Shown one piece after another: positions 1 to 9,216 of a stretch of 64,000 nucleotides of DNA. Under the pieces are notes generated by a model. The model had not been told where the DNA came from. It worked only from the letters and a program-made list of their open reading frames with translations, and made no database searches. Each line of letters starts with the position of its first letter. Position 1 is the first letter of the stretch. Source of the DNA: an uncultured Actinomyces sp. (GTDB taxonomy: Bacteria; Actinomycetota; Actinomycetes; Actinomycetales; Actinomycetaceae); assembly GCA_964616925.1 (NCBI GenBank), contig CAZTTD010000002.1, forward strand, positions 810 through 64,809, read 5' to 3'. Both the position numbers and the translations under genes were made by a program.

Positions 1-353
1 ACATCAGCGGCTTCAAGTGTGGATTCCTCAACCGAATCCGCGTAGTACTCACCCAGACCATCCAGTGTTGGACCGCGCTGGACCTCAACGCCAAGGTTTG
101 GAACTTCAGCGAACTCAACGGTGCAGTTGGGCTCAGCGTAGATAGCTTCTGAGACGTCCTTGCCCACCTTCGCGGCATCCACGTCAAACGCGGCCACGAT
201 CTTCACGCTGTCCACGTCGTAGTCACCGAACTGCACGTGCATGATGCCCGGGATCTTGTCGCCATCCTGCGCGTCTTTGTAGTACGTGAGGCCTTGAACT
301 AGGGATGAGGCGCAGTTTCCTACACCTACGATTGCTGTGCGAATCTCGCTCAT
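1..353 (-). CDS. ino1: myo-inositol-1-phosphate synthase, N-terminal part (gene continues past window start)
   Basis: Reverse translation from the ATG at 351-353 gives [47 protein letters not shown]..., the conserved Ino1 N-terminus with its [13 protein letters not shown] motif. A PadR gene lies directly upstream, as in mycobacterial Rv0046c-Rv0047c. Confidence 0.85.
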   Translation of the reverse strand, partial: MSEIRTAIVGVGNCASSLVQGLTYYKDAQDGDKIPGIMHVQFGDYDVDSVKIVAAFDVDAAKVGKDVSEAIYAEPNCTVEFAEVPNLGVEVQRGPTLDGLGEYYADSVEESTLEAAD

Positions 354-409
354 TCGGCTTCCTTTGTGTCTTGAACGTGACGTCTTCTATCGGGGTTTGC
401 GTAACGTCT

Positions 410-991
410 CTATACGGATTCTCTTGTCGGTCCGGACGCTTTTTCCGGATAGGGTTTGTCGGATTGGATTAACTGATCAATCCATTCCAGTTCGCTTTGA
501 GCCTGCTGACTGTCCAGCTCCGCCTTTGAGCGGATCCAGAAATCATTGGATTCTTTTCCTTCGCGTCCTGCTTCCGCGCGGGCCAAGACCTGCTCCCGGC
601 GTTCCATTAGTAGCGCCAGACGCGTCGCCGGAGTCGCTTTCGACATCAAGCCCATAGTTAGCGGCAAAGAGTCATCATCCACGGCGGCGGTTGCAAGTGA
701 AGAAACCAAAAACTCCGAACCCACTGGCGTTATTTGGTAAGTCACCTGTTTACGGGTGCTTTTCGGCGCATCCTTCTTATCGGGGCGGCGCGGCCCGTCG
801 GAACCATCGGAGATCACGCGGATCAATCCACGCTCCTCCAGCCGGTGTAGCGCAGGATAGAGGGAACCAAAAGACAGTCGGCGCAGGGGGCCCAGGTTTC
901 GCGAGAGCAACTTGCGCAACTCATACCCGTGCAGCGGATGCTGAAGTTCGCCAAGAATGGCAAGTTCCAGCATGCTGGAGCGAACGCCCAC
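410..991 (-). CDS. PadR family transcriptional regulator
   Basis: 193-aa ORF. LELAILGELQHPLHGYELRKLL...FGSLYPALHRLEERGLI is the PadR winged-helix signature. It is co-oriented with ino1. Confidence 0.85.
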   Translation of the reverse strand: MGVRSSMLELAILGELQHPLHGYELRKLLSRNLGPLRRLSFGSLYPALHRLEERGLIRVISDGSDGPRRPDKKDAPKSTRKQVTYQITPVGSEFLVSSLATAAVDDDSLPLTMGLMSKATPATRLALLMERREQVLARAEAGREGKESNDFWIRSKAELDSQQAQSELEWIDQLIQSDKPYPEKASGPTRESV

Positions 992-1094
992 CGCGCCCTC
1001 GTCTCTTGAGACAACAACTAACGAGGTTCACAGTAGCAAAAATGTATCGTCGCGACATATCACGCCGATATTAGGCGCATCACAAGGGCGTTGT

Positions 1095-1173
1095 GGGGCG
1101 AGGGCGGCGGCGACGCGGGGCGAGGGCGGCGGCGACGCGGGGCGAGGGCGGCGGCGACGCGGGGCGAGGGCGG
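1095..1173. repeat. 22-bp tandem repeat GGGGCGAGGGCGGCGGCGACGC x3.6
   Basis: Three perfect units read directly (1095-1116, 1117-1138, 1139-1160) plus a partial fourth. Intergenic between padR and the SprT-like gene. Each unit carries the over-represented CGAGGGCG 8-mer. Confidence 0.9.
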
Positions 1174-1229
1174 ACGGGCCGGGCAAGCTCCGTGAACGTC
1201 TAGCGTTTGGATTCGAGGACGATCCGCAC

Positions 1230-1751
1230 CTACTTCCGCGAGCGCCCCCGTCTGATCCGCGCCAATTCCTTCGCGTAGCTGCCCGTCGGCGCCGTTGGGT
1301 GGCCATTTCGGCTCCAGTCAAGCACTAGGTCTTCCCGGAATGACCGCGAGCATTTCCCACACGACACCACCCTTCTTGGCATCGAATGCAGCCGCTTCAC
1401 AAGCCCGCACTGTCGACATGTGCCAACCCACGGCTGAGGTGGGGTAGGTAGCGTTGCGGGTAGCAAGGCCCGCGGTGTGGCGCCCAGCGACCGCGCAACC
1501 TTTTTCCAGTACGCATCATGGTTGTGCGCCGGTCCCGCAAGGGCGTGCGCGACCTCGTGTAGCACCACGTCTTTCATGGTCGAGGGCGGGTAGATCTCAG
1601 CCAACGTCCTCGAAAACGTGATCTTCTTGGCCCCGTGTACGCACTGGCCGGCGCGCCTTTTCGCGCGGTCCCAGCCGACGCTCCAGTCTGTTAGGCCGTG
1701 CTTGTCCAGCGATTCGCGGGCAAACCCAAGCACATCAAAGTTTTCCATCAC
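1230..1751 (-). CDS. SprT-like zinc metalloprotease domain protein
   Basis: 173-aa ORF with an HEVAHAL (HExxH) motif and a C-terminal CxxC...CxxC zinc ribbon (CRQCG...SCGKCS). Its start overlaps the hrpA stop (ATGA at 1748-1751). Confidence 0.75.
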   Translation of the reverse strand: MMENFDVLGFARESLDKHGLTDWSVGWDRAKRRAGQCVHGAKKITFSRTLAEIYPPSTMKDVVLHEVAHALAGPAHNHDAYWKKVARSLGATPRALLPATLPTPPQPWVGTCRQCGLVKRLHSMPRRVVSCGKCSRSFREDLVLDWSRNGHPTAPTGSYAKELARIRRGRSRK

Positions 1752-4700
1752 GCACTCTCCAACGTTTCCAGCCGTCGCAGCAGCCTGGGCGCCGAAACGC
1801 GTCCCGACGTGCCAAGATCCTGGGCGAACAAAGAGACACGCAGCTCCTCCGCCGCAGACATAATCCCCTCCAGTTCGAGGGCGTGCGCGGCCGAGTAAGG
1901 CCGGGCTTCCAGACGCGCCTGCGCCTCAGCGAGGGCGGCTTCAACCTCCCGAATCGTCTTCTCATTTGCCAGGTCGCGCGACAACTCCTTGGCGCCACGC
2001 GCCCCCCTCTCCACGCGACGGGCGTCCGCAAGCAGATAACGACTCACGTGTGGTGCAATGAGCAGGGAGTTTCTGCCCAGATAACCGTCCTGGAAAATTG
2101 ACTTCGCGTGGTTGCGGGCCGCGCGGGTGACGCGCTTGTACGTGTCCTGAGGGTGGTTCGCCAAAGCCTCTTCCAACCGTGCGTAGGCCTGAACTTCGGT
2201 GGTTACGCGGGTGAGGACCTGATAGACCTCGTCCTCGAACAAATCACGTAAACTGTCCCTCAACTGCACGTATGATTCTTGGTCGCGTACCGTGTGGGGC
2301 GTAACGTCCTTGCGGCGCAGCAGTTGCCGAAGCGCGGCGACCTGCGCGTCCGCCACCAGCGAGGGCGTGTCCGGATACGGCGAGCCCGCCAGCAGCAGCG
2401 CCTGATTCCCACTCCACCGGCTGGTGATCCGCCCGGTCTCCAACGCAAGATCAGCTAGCAGGAGCGCCGCAAGACCGTCCGCGAACTTGGCGTTCGCCTC
2501 ATCCCGCGTGGGGAGGATTTGGACAGAAACGGTCGCGTTGGGGGCAACTTTTTGCGTGACGAGGGCGGGGTATCCGCGCACCCGCAACCCGCGCGCATCG
2601 GTGGCCTCCACGACTTGGGGAAGGCCCTCTTGCGGGAGTTGGTCCAGTTTCGAGGTGACTAGGCCCGCACCAAGTTCCGGCGGTGTCGTCCTCGCAGAGA
2701 CGCCCCCCGCCGTGCCCCCAGCGCCGCTTCTCGCCGTGCCCGTGCCGGGGCCTCCAGGAGGGCCGTCAGCAAGTCCCGCATCGCGTCCGCCGGCAGGTCC
2801 TGCACCACGTCCGCCGGCAGGGCCCGCCGCTCCCTTGGCGCGAGCCGCCTCCAGGGCTTCCTTCACGCTTGACTGGAGCGCCCGCGTCGATTGCCCGCGG
2901 AACCGTTTCTGCAGGCGAATCAGGGAGTCGTCCGCCCCCAAAATCGCACCATTGTCGTCCACCACCCGGAAACCCATCTTGAGGTGCGCGGGAAGGCTGG
3001 CATGCGCCGCCGCAAGGTCGGAGGGGGCCAGGTCGATGCCCGTCCGCCCTCGGACCGCGCGTGCGAACTCTTCATCAAACGTCCGTGCTCGTATGCGCTT
3101 GCGGGACGCGGCCCGCGGGCTGTCTTTGGGGGGCGAGGGCGGTGTTGTCGAGGGTGGCGGGCCCGCGGGTGGCACCGGTGTCGAGCGTGGCGGGCCCGCA
3201 GATGGCGCCGGCGTTGAGGACGATCGGGCCGAGGCCGCCGGCGTGGTCGAGGCCGGCCTGTTCGAGGACATCCGCATAGACCCGCTTTGCGCCCCCCAAC
3301 TCTGCAGTCGCGCTAGCGACGCCTCCAGAGAGTACGGGTTCGACGTGTCACCGTCAGCGCCCGAGCCGCTGCCTCCGCCGTCGGTTTTGCCGCCCCCGAC
3401 AGCACCGCCGTCGACAACAGCGCCCTCGCCCCGACCCCCTTGTCCGTCCGTCCCGCTGTCTCTGCCGGTCCCACTGTGTCCGGCAGGTTCGTCTACCAGA
3501 CGCTCCCGCTCTAAGGTGGCCGCGATTTCCTTTCCCGTCTGCGTCGCGGGCGCCAAGAACCGCCGCTTGGCTTTAGGAAGCCCGCGGATCATGGCGACGC
3601 ACAGGTCTTCCAGCAGCCCCGGCACAAGCCAGTCGAAACCCGTGTCCTGGACGCGCCCAAGGGAGGATAGGGGGATCGTGATGCTCACACCGTCCTCGTT
3701 CGCACCCGGATCAAACGCGTAGGAGACCGCCAGCTTCAGGTCGCCCTGCTCCCACGTCTGCGGGAAGGCCGACGGGTCCGCCAGGGACGCGGCCGGCAAC
3801 AGGTCCTCAAGATGGTAATCCAGCAGGTGCGGCGCCTCCGTCACCTTACCCTTCCACCACTTCCCGAACGAGGCCGCCGATGTAATATACGCGGGCACCC
3901 GCGCGTCGAAGAACCGATAACGCACCGCCTCATCCGGCACGAGGGCGGGGTCACGCATCCTCTCCGACAGGCGCTCCGCCTCCGCCATGACATCCCGGTT
4001 GCGCTTCATAAACGCTAGGTGGTTGTCACGCCAAGCACCCTCCACAAGGGCGTGGGTGATGAACATTTCGCGGGCCAGGGCGGATGCGGTGAGGTTCGCA
4101 CCGAGCTGAGTGTTCAGGCCGGTTCTGCGCGCGGTGTCCAGTTCGTCGACCAGCTGGCTGCTCAACTGGTTTTCCATCTGCGCGGTTGCGCCCGCGACAG
4201 ACCCCAACCCCGAACGGGACCAATCTTTCCCAAGGATCGTCTCCTTGAGCGAGGCCAACGGCACCTGGCGGTCGGCGACCAGGGTTAGGCCGTAGAGCAT
4301 CACGCGCTCGTTCACCACGGCGCTGCCCTTCGCCCTAGACCAGGTTGGTTCGGAATACGACTTCTTCACCAGGTTCTGGGCGTACTTCTCTATCCACTCC
4401 GGCTTCACACCCGCAACGGTGCGGGCAAACAGGCGGGAGGTCTCCACCAGCTCCGCCGCCATCACCCAATCCGGACGTCTGCGCTTCAGGGTGGAACCAG
4501 GCCAGATCGTGAACCGGGAGCCGCGCGTGCCGGCGTACTCCTTCTTAGGCTCATCCCAGGAACCAACGTTGGAAAGGAGGCCGGAAAGGATGGAACGGTG
4601 AATCTCCTGTGCATCCACTGCCTTGGCGCTGCGACCGTAGTCCAACACGGCGCTTATTACAGGGTTCTGTTCTTCCCGGTGTGCGTCAATGAAAGAGCGG

Positions 4701-6736
4701 CTAGGCACACCCAGGCTGTCGACGTGGATCCCCACCTGGCGGCACATCTGGCGCAATTGCCCCACGATGTCGCGCCACTCCCGGTAGCGCAGGTAGTGGA
4801 AGTACTCTTTGCGGCACATGCGACGAAAGGCGCTTCCCGACAGGTCGCGGGCTTGGACGTTTAGGTAGCGCCACATGTTCAGGTAGGTGATGAAGTCGGA
4901 GGACGGGTCAGCAAACCGGCGGTGGGCCTGATCGGCTTGCTCCTGGAAGTCCACGGGGCGCTCCCGCGGATCCTGAATGGAAAGCGCAGCGACGATTACC
5001 AGAACCTCAGAGGCGCAGCCGTTGTTCGAAGCCTCAATCAACATGCGCCCAAGGCGGGGGTCTATGGGCAACTGCGCCAGCCGGCGACCCAGCGCGGTTA
5101 TGGCACCTGCCGGGCTTAAGGCCCCGATCTCCACCAGAAGCTGCACCCCATCGCGAACCGCCCGCGGATTCGGTGGGTCGAGGAACGGGAAGTCCTTCAC
5201 CTCACCCAAGCCCAGGGACGCCATCTGCAGGATGACCGCGGCCAGGGAGGTGCGCAGGATCTCGGGTTCCGTGAACTCATCGCGAGCGTTGAAGTCCCGC
5301 TCCGAGTAAAGGCGGATTGCTATGCCGTCACTGGTACGCCCCGCGCGACCCGAGCGCTGCGCAGCTGAGGCCCGCGACACCGGCTCAATGGGGAGCCGCT
5401 GCACCTTGGTCTTATTGGAGAACCTACTGATGCGCGCCAGCCCCGCGTCGATTACGTACCGGATTCCGGGAACCGTGAGGGACGTTTCCGCGATGTTTGT
5501 GGACAGGATGATGCGCTGCAGTGAGTGGGGAGCGTAGATGCGGTGCTGTTCCGCAGCACTTAACCGCGCGAAGAGCGGCACTATCTCCACCCCGTTTGGG
5601 CCGTGCGGGTCGCGGGGGTCACGGACATAACGGCTGCCCAAATGCTCTTTGAGTGCGGCGGTGGCGTCAAGGATGTCGCGCTCACCAGGCAGGAAGACCA
5701 AGATGTCCCCGCGGTCCTCCGTCAACAGTTCATCAACCGCGTGGAGGAGACCGGTTTCAAGGTCTAAGTCCTCCCCCAAGCCATAGCCGAGGGTCTCAAA
5801 AGTATCGAGCGCATCAGCCTGAGCCGCTTCCCCTGCCCCCCGGGCACTGCCTGCCGGACCGGTCTCCGTAGGCGCCACATCTGCCGAAAGTGGGCGATAC
5901 CGGATTTCCACAGGGTAGGCACGTCCCGAAACTTCTATCACTGGGACCGGCTTGCCACTGTGCTTCTCAAAGTGTTCCGCAAAGCGCTGGGAATCGATGG
6001 TGGCGGAGGTGATTATCACCTTCAGATCCGGCCGTTTTGGCAGCAGCCGGCTCAGGTATCCCAGAATGAAGTCAATGTTTAGGCTGCGTTCGTGTGCCTC
6101 ATCCACGATGATTGTGTCGTAGCGCGAAAGGAGCGGGTCAACGCTCATTTCAGCCAGCAGGATGCCGTCGGTCATCAACTTAACAAGAGTGGTCGGCCCC
6201 ACCTCATCCGTGAAGCGGACCTGGTAGCCGATGATGTCACCCACTTCTTTGCTGACCTTCTGGCCCAACTCATCCGCAATCCGCTCCGCAACCGCGCGCG
6301 CCGCCAGACGCCGCGGCTGGGTGTGTCCGATCATCGCGGAGATCCCACGCCCCAACTCCAGACAAATCTTGGGCAACTGGGTCGTCTTCCCCGACCCCGT
6401 CTCTCCCGCGACAATTACGACCTGGTTTTCCCGGATGGCGGCGGCAATGTCCCCTCTGCGAGCACTCACCGGCAAATCCGGATACGTCATGACCGGCAAC
6501 GCTGCGGCCCGCGCTGCTAGTTGGGATGGGCTGAACGTGTAGTCCCGCGGGGTTTCGGGGCGAGGGCGACGAGGCCTGCGGGAGCGCCGGGTTTGGCGTG
6601 ACTGCCCGCTTTGGCGAGGCTGCCCGGTCTGGCGTGACCGTCCGGCTTGGCCTGATCCCGTTTGGCGGGCCGCCTCCCCGCGCCCTTCGTCGGACCCCTT
6701 CCGCCCTCGCCCCGCCCCGGAGGACGGCCTGCTCAT
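1748..6736 (-). CDS. hrpA: ATP-dependent RNA helicase HrpA (DEAH-box), expanded by low-complexity inserts
   Basis: Motifs GETGSGKTTQLP, DEAHERS, SATID, TNIAETSLTVPGIRYVID and QRSGRAGR, followed by a long HrpA-type C-terminal region. The maximal ORF reaches 6793, but the ATG at 6734-6736 overlaps the upstream gene's stop (ATGA), so I prefer that start. Confidence 0.9.
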   Translation of the reverse strand: MSRPSSGAGRGRKGSDEGRGEAARQTGSGQAGRSRQTGQPRQSGQSRQTRRSRRPRRPRPETPRDYTFSPSQLAARAAALPVMTYPDLPVSARRGDIAAAIRENQVVIVAGETGSGKTTQLPKICLELGRGISAMIGHTQPRRLAARAVAERIADELGQKVSKEVGDIIGYQVRFTDEVGPTTLVKLMTDGILLAEMSVDPLLSRYDTIIVDEAHERSLNIDFILGYLSRLLPKRPDLKVIITSATIDSQRFAEHFEKHSGKPVPVIEVSGRAYPVEIRYRPLSADVAPTETGPAGSARGAGEAAQADALDTFETLGYGLGEDLDLETGLLHAVDELLTEDRGDILVFLPGERDILDATAALKEHLGSRYVRDPRDPHGPNGVEIVPLFARLSAAEQHRIYAPHSLQRIILSTNIAETSLTVPGIRYVIDAGLARISRFSNKTKVQRLPIEPVSRASAAQRSGRAGRTSDGIAIRLYSERDFNARDEFTEPEILRTSLAAVILQMASLGLGEVKDFPFLDPPNPRAVRDGVQLLVEIGALSPAGAITALGRRLAQLPIDPRLGRMLIEASNNGCASEVLVIVAALSIQDPRERPVDFQEQADQAHRRFADPSSDFITYLNMWRYLNVQARDLSGSAFRRMCRKEYFHYLRYREWRDIVGQLRQMCRQVGIHVDSLGVPSRSFIDAHREEQNPVISAVLDYGRSAKAVDAQEIHRSILSGLLSNVGSWDEPKKEYAGTRGSRFTIWPGSTLKRRRPDWVMAAELVETSRLFARTVAGVKPEWIEKYAQNLVKKSYSEPTWSRAKGSAVVNERVMLYGLTLVADRQVPLASLKETILGKDWSRSGLGSVAGATAQMENQLSSQLVDELDTARRTGLNTQLGANLTASALAREMFITHALVEGAWRDNHLAFMKRNRDVMAEAERLSERMRDPALVPDEAVRYRFFDARVPAYITSAASFGKWWKGKVTEAPHLLDYHLEDLLPAASLADPSAFPQTWEQGDLKLAVSYAFDPGANEDGVSITIPLSSLGRVQDTGFDWLVPGLLEDLCVAMIRGLPKAKRRFLAPATQTGKEIAATLERERLVDEPAGHSGTGRDSGTDGQGGRGEGAVVDGGAVGGGKTDGGGSGSGADGDTSNPYSLEASLARLQSWGAQSGSMRMSSNRPASTTPAASARSSSTPAPSAGPPRSTPVPPAGPPPSTTPPSPPKDSPRAASRKRIRARTFDEEFARAVRGRTGIDLAPSDLAAAHASLPAHLKMGFRVVDDNGAILGADDSLIRLQKRFRGQSTRALQSSVKEALEAARAKGAAGPAGGRGAGPAGGRDAGLADGPPGGPGTGTARSGAGGTAGGVSARTTPPELGAGLVTSKLDQLPQEGLPQVVEATDARGLRVRGYPALVTQKVAPNATVSVQILPTRDEANAKFADGLAALLLADLALETGRITSRWSGNQALLLAGSPYPDTPSLVADAQVAALRQLLRRKDVTPHTVRDQESYVQLRDSLRDLFEDEVYQVLTRVTTEVQAYARLEEALANHPQDTYKRVTRAARNHAKSIFQDGYLGRNSLLIAPHVSRYLLADARRVERGARGAKELSRDLANEKTIREVEAALAEAQARLEARPYSAAHALELEGIMSAAEELRVSLFAQDLGTSGRVSAPRLLRRLETLESA

Positions 6737-7545
6737 TGCGTGCGCGTCCTCACCGGCACCTGCCGCTCCGCCCACGTCTTCGCAATTGCCCATAGCGCCG
6801 AGAGGTCGTGTTCACTACTGAAATCCCCCTCCTGCACCACGTCCAGACGCGACCCCTGCTGGAGCAACGGGAAGGCTTCCATCCCGCCGTCATCCATCCC
6901 GCGTGCGACGTCTGCCCGGTCGTATACGAGGGCGATCGGCTTAGTGACGTCCGCCAGCAGCGACTCCGGCGTATTCAAGGAAAGGTCGATCAGGGTTTGG
7001 GGAGTCACGTGGAGGTAGGAGCGTCCACTTGGCATGTCCTCAAGAATGAGCGTTTCCTGACGCTTCTCCAGATCCTCCAACTGCTCCGGGGAAAAGATGG
7101 CTTCCCAGTCAAAGTCCAAGGGCCCCATCACGGGACTGGACAGCAGCATGGTCTGAACGGCCCTTGGCGCTGCACGCAATGCAGATATAGAACCGGAGGA
7201 ATGGGCATGCAGTATCTGCCGCCTGAACCCCTGGTCTTCAAGCCAACCGGAGACTGCCCGGAGATCCTCCACACGCGCCTCCGACGTGATGGGGTCATCA
7301 TCGGAACTTCCGTGTCCGGAGTAGTCAAATATTAAGGTGGCGTAGCCAAGCGAGCGGTATTTTGCAGCCAGAAGCGGGAAATGCGGGCTGGACATCCGGT
7401 CACAGAGGAAGGCATGAGAGAACAGCACGGCCGCATCCGTAGAGTCAACCGGGTTCACGAAAGTTCCCCTTAGCGTCAAGCCGCGAGGGGTGTTGATCTC
7501 AACCTCTGCCACACAACCAACGTACCTAACCCCTCCGACAAACAC
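6733..7545 (-). CDS. alpha/beta hydrolase
   Basis: 270-aa ORF. It has FDYSGHGSS, the nucleophile elbow HAHSSGS (GxSxG-type) and a C-terminal His region. Confidence 0.7.
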   Translation of the reverse strand: MFVGGVRYVGCVAEVEINTPRGLTLRGTFVNPVDSTDAAVLFSHAFLCDRMSSPHFPLLAAKYRSLGYATLIFDYSGHGSSDDDPITSEARVEDLRAVSGWLEDQGFRRQILHAHSSGSISALRAAPRAVQTMLLSSPVMGPLDFDWEAIFSPEQLEDLEKRQETLILEDMPSGRSYLHVTPQTLIDLSLNTPESLLADVTKPIALVYDRADVARGMDDGGMEAFPLLQQGSRLDVVQEGDFSSEHDLSALWAIAKTWAERQVPVRTRTQ

Positions 7546-7612
7546 ACCGCCGACTCATGGCAACGCCCAAGATTTTGTCGTCAGCGAAACAATACTGGCC
7601 TAGTGTGTACCA

Positions 7613-8038
7613 ATGGAGACAAACGAGACGGGAAACCAAGACTCATTCGTGAACAGCCCGGATGCCGACAAAGTGACCGAATTCTGGTCCTTTGCAAGGG
7701 ACAAGGTTGGCTGGGCAACGTTGGAGGGCATATTTGGGCAGCAGCAGGCGTCGTCGGTGGAGCCGCCGTGGATGCACCTGGGGGACACGATCGGGGAGTC
7801 GGACGCGAAGTTAGAGGAGTTACTCGCAAAAGGGACCCTGGTGTTGGCAAGCCCGCTGGATGTCTACCCTGAGGACGGAGACCTGCCGCGGCGTGGGGAC
7901 CTGGCGGTGGTCTGCACGGGACACGGGCGCCCAACCGCCCTGGTCGCCACCTTGGACGTGCGCGTCTCTCAAGGTAAGGATGGCGCCGGTAGGATTGTGG
8001 AAGAGAAACTGCGCTGCCTGTATCCGTCAGTGAGCTGA
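7613..8038 (+). CDS. ASCH-domain-like protein
   Basis: 141-aa ORF. The pattern FW.F......LG....D.L..LL..G...A..S.......E.LP..GD..VV......P is typical of ASCH/YqfB-like proteins (from memory). Confidence 0.55.
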   Translation: METNETGNQDSFVNSPDADKVTEFWSFARDKVGWATLEGIFGQQQASSVEPPWMHLGDTIGESDAKLEELLAKGTLVLASPLDVYPEDGDLPRRGDLAVVCTGHGRPTALVATLDVRVSQGKDGAGRIVEEKLRCLYPSVS

Positions 8039-8071
8039 CACCGACAGCGCCGAAAAGGAGTGGGCAGACCA

Positions 8072-8368
8072 ATGCGAACCAGGTTGACTTTAGGGGCGGG
8101 ATTAGTGGTCGGCTTCCTGCTGGGTTCCAAGGCCGGTCCGAAGCCGTATGAGACGTTCCGCGCAGGAATGCGGTGGCTACGCGGCACACGCGTCGTGTCT
8201 GCTCCGATTGAGGCGACGGCGTATAACGTATCGGAGCTCGTCCGTTCTCAGGGAGAGAAGATGACGGATCGTGCGGCCAGCACCGTCTACCAGAAAATCG
8301 CGGGCGCCGGAAAGGGCCCCCTGGTCGTTGAGGCACGCGTAACCACGGTGGAAGAGGTTCAGGAGTAA
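8072..8368 (+). CDS. small membrane-anchored hypothetical protein
   Basis: The ORF has an N-terminal TM segment (LTLGAGLVVGFLLGS). AAGGAG lies upstream of the ATG at 8072, and GTG at 8060 is an alternative start. Confidence 0.5.
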   Translation: MRTRLTLGAGLVVGFLLGSKAGPKPYETFRAGMRWLRGTRVVSAPIEATAYNVSELVRSQGEKMTDRAASTVYQKIAGAGKGPLVVEARVTTVEEVQE

Positions 8369-8412
8369 CGTCTGTTCGTTGACGCTCGTTGACCGACGTC
8401 TGAGACAAAGGT

Positions 8413-9213
8413 TTGCGGATGGAGTTAGAGAGCATCTACGGCATCGCATTTGACGATGTCTTCCGGGTCATCGATCTGACAGGGGTTGTGCTGAACGGGA
8501 TCCTGGGTGGAAAGTTGGCGCGCTCCAAGCATTTTGATGCCGTCGGATTCGTGGTGTTGGCGGTGATGTCAGCGATGGCTGGCGGAATTGTCCGCGACGT
8601 CATGCTGCAGGTTGGGCCGCCGGTCGCGATTACGGACCCCCTCTACATATCCACAGCTCTCATCGGGGCGGCCATTGCGTTCCTGTGGAAACTGGAGTCT
8701 CGCTCTTGGGTGGTGGCCCTGATCCTGGCGGACGGAGTCGTGCTGGGATGCTGGGCGGCCACGGGTGCCATGAAGACACTGGCCGCGGGTTTCGGCATCA
8801 TGCCGGCCTTGCTTCTGGGGATTACCACCGCGGTCGGTGGCGGGATGATCCGGGACGTGACCGCAGGGAATGTTCCGCAGGTCTTTGGCGGGAACAACCT
8901 GTATGCGACGCCCGCCCTCGTCTCCGCGGCGGTGATGGTGGGTTTTTACACGATGGGCTATTCCACGGTTGGGATGATTGCCGCGACGGTGGTCGGCTCC
9001 TCTTTTACCGTACTGGCCCACTGGCGGCGCTGGCAGCTCCCGGTTCATAGTGACTGGAGCCTGTCCCTTACGCCCTCGCAGCTCAAACGGCTTTTGGCGA
9101 CCCGGCCGGGCTTGCCGGAGCCGGGCCCGAATCCGCCGGACGCCCTCGCCGGACTGGAGAATGAGATGGACGAGGTCGAGGAGACCTCCGACCGACACGA
9201 AAACGGTGAGTGA
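8413..9213 (+). CDS. TRIC/UPF0126 (YadS-type glycine-transporter domain) membrane protein
   Basis: Two UPF0126 repeats, with GGIVRDVML and GGGMIRDV motifs, in a seven-TM-like hydrophobic profile. Confidence 0.8.
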   Translation: MRMELESIYGIAFDDVFRVIDLTGVVLNGILGGKLARSKHFDAVGFVVLAVMSAMAGGIVRDVMLQVGPPVAITDPLYISTALIGAAIAFLWKLESRSWVVALILADGVVLGCWAATGAMKTLAAGFGIMPALLLGITTAVGGGMIRDVTAGNVPQVFGGNNLYATPALVSAAVMVGFYTMGYSTVGMIAATVVGSSFTVLAHWRRWQLPVHSDWSLSLTPSQLKRLLATRPGLPEPGPNPPDALAGLENEMDEVEETSDRHENGE

Positions 9214-9216
9214 ACC

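Noticed and set aside
2424-3722. 432-aa plus-strand ORF, with several shorter ones, inside hrpA
   Set aside because: It is antisense to a gene with unambiguous helicase motifs. Its Ala/Pro/Arg/Ser-rich composition is typical of shadow frames in high-GC DNA.
7581-8435. 284-aa minus-strand ORF across the ASCH and small-protein genes
   Set aside because: It is Pro/Arg-rich and antisense to two compact plus-strand genes that have better starts. The same reasoning applies to 8569-9405, 20819-21580, 42447-43274 and 57062-57922.
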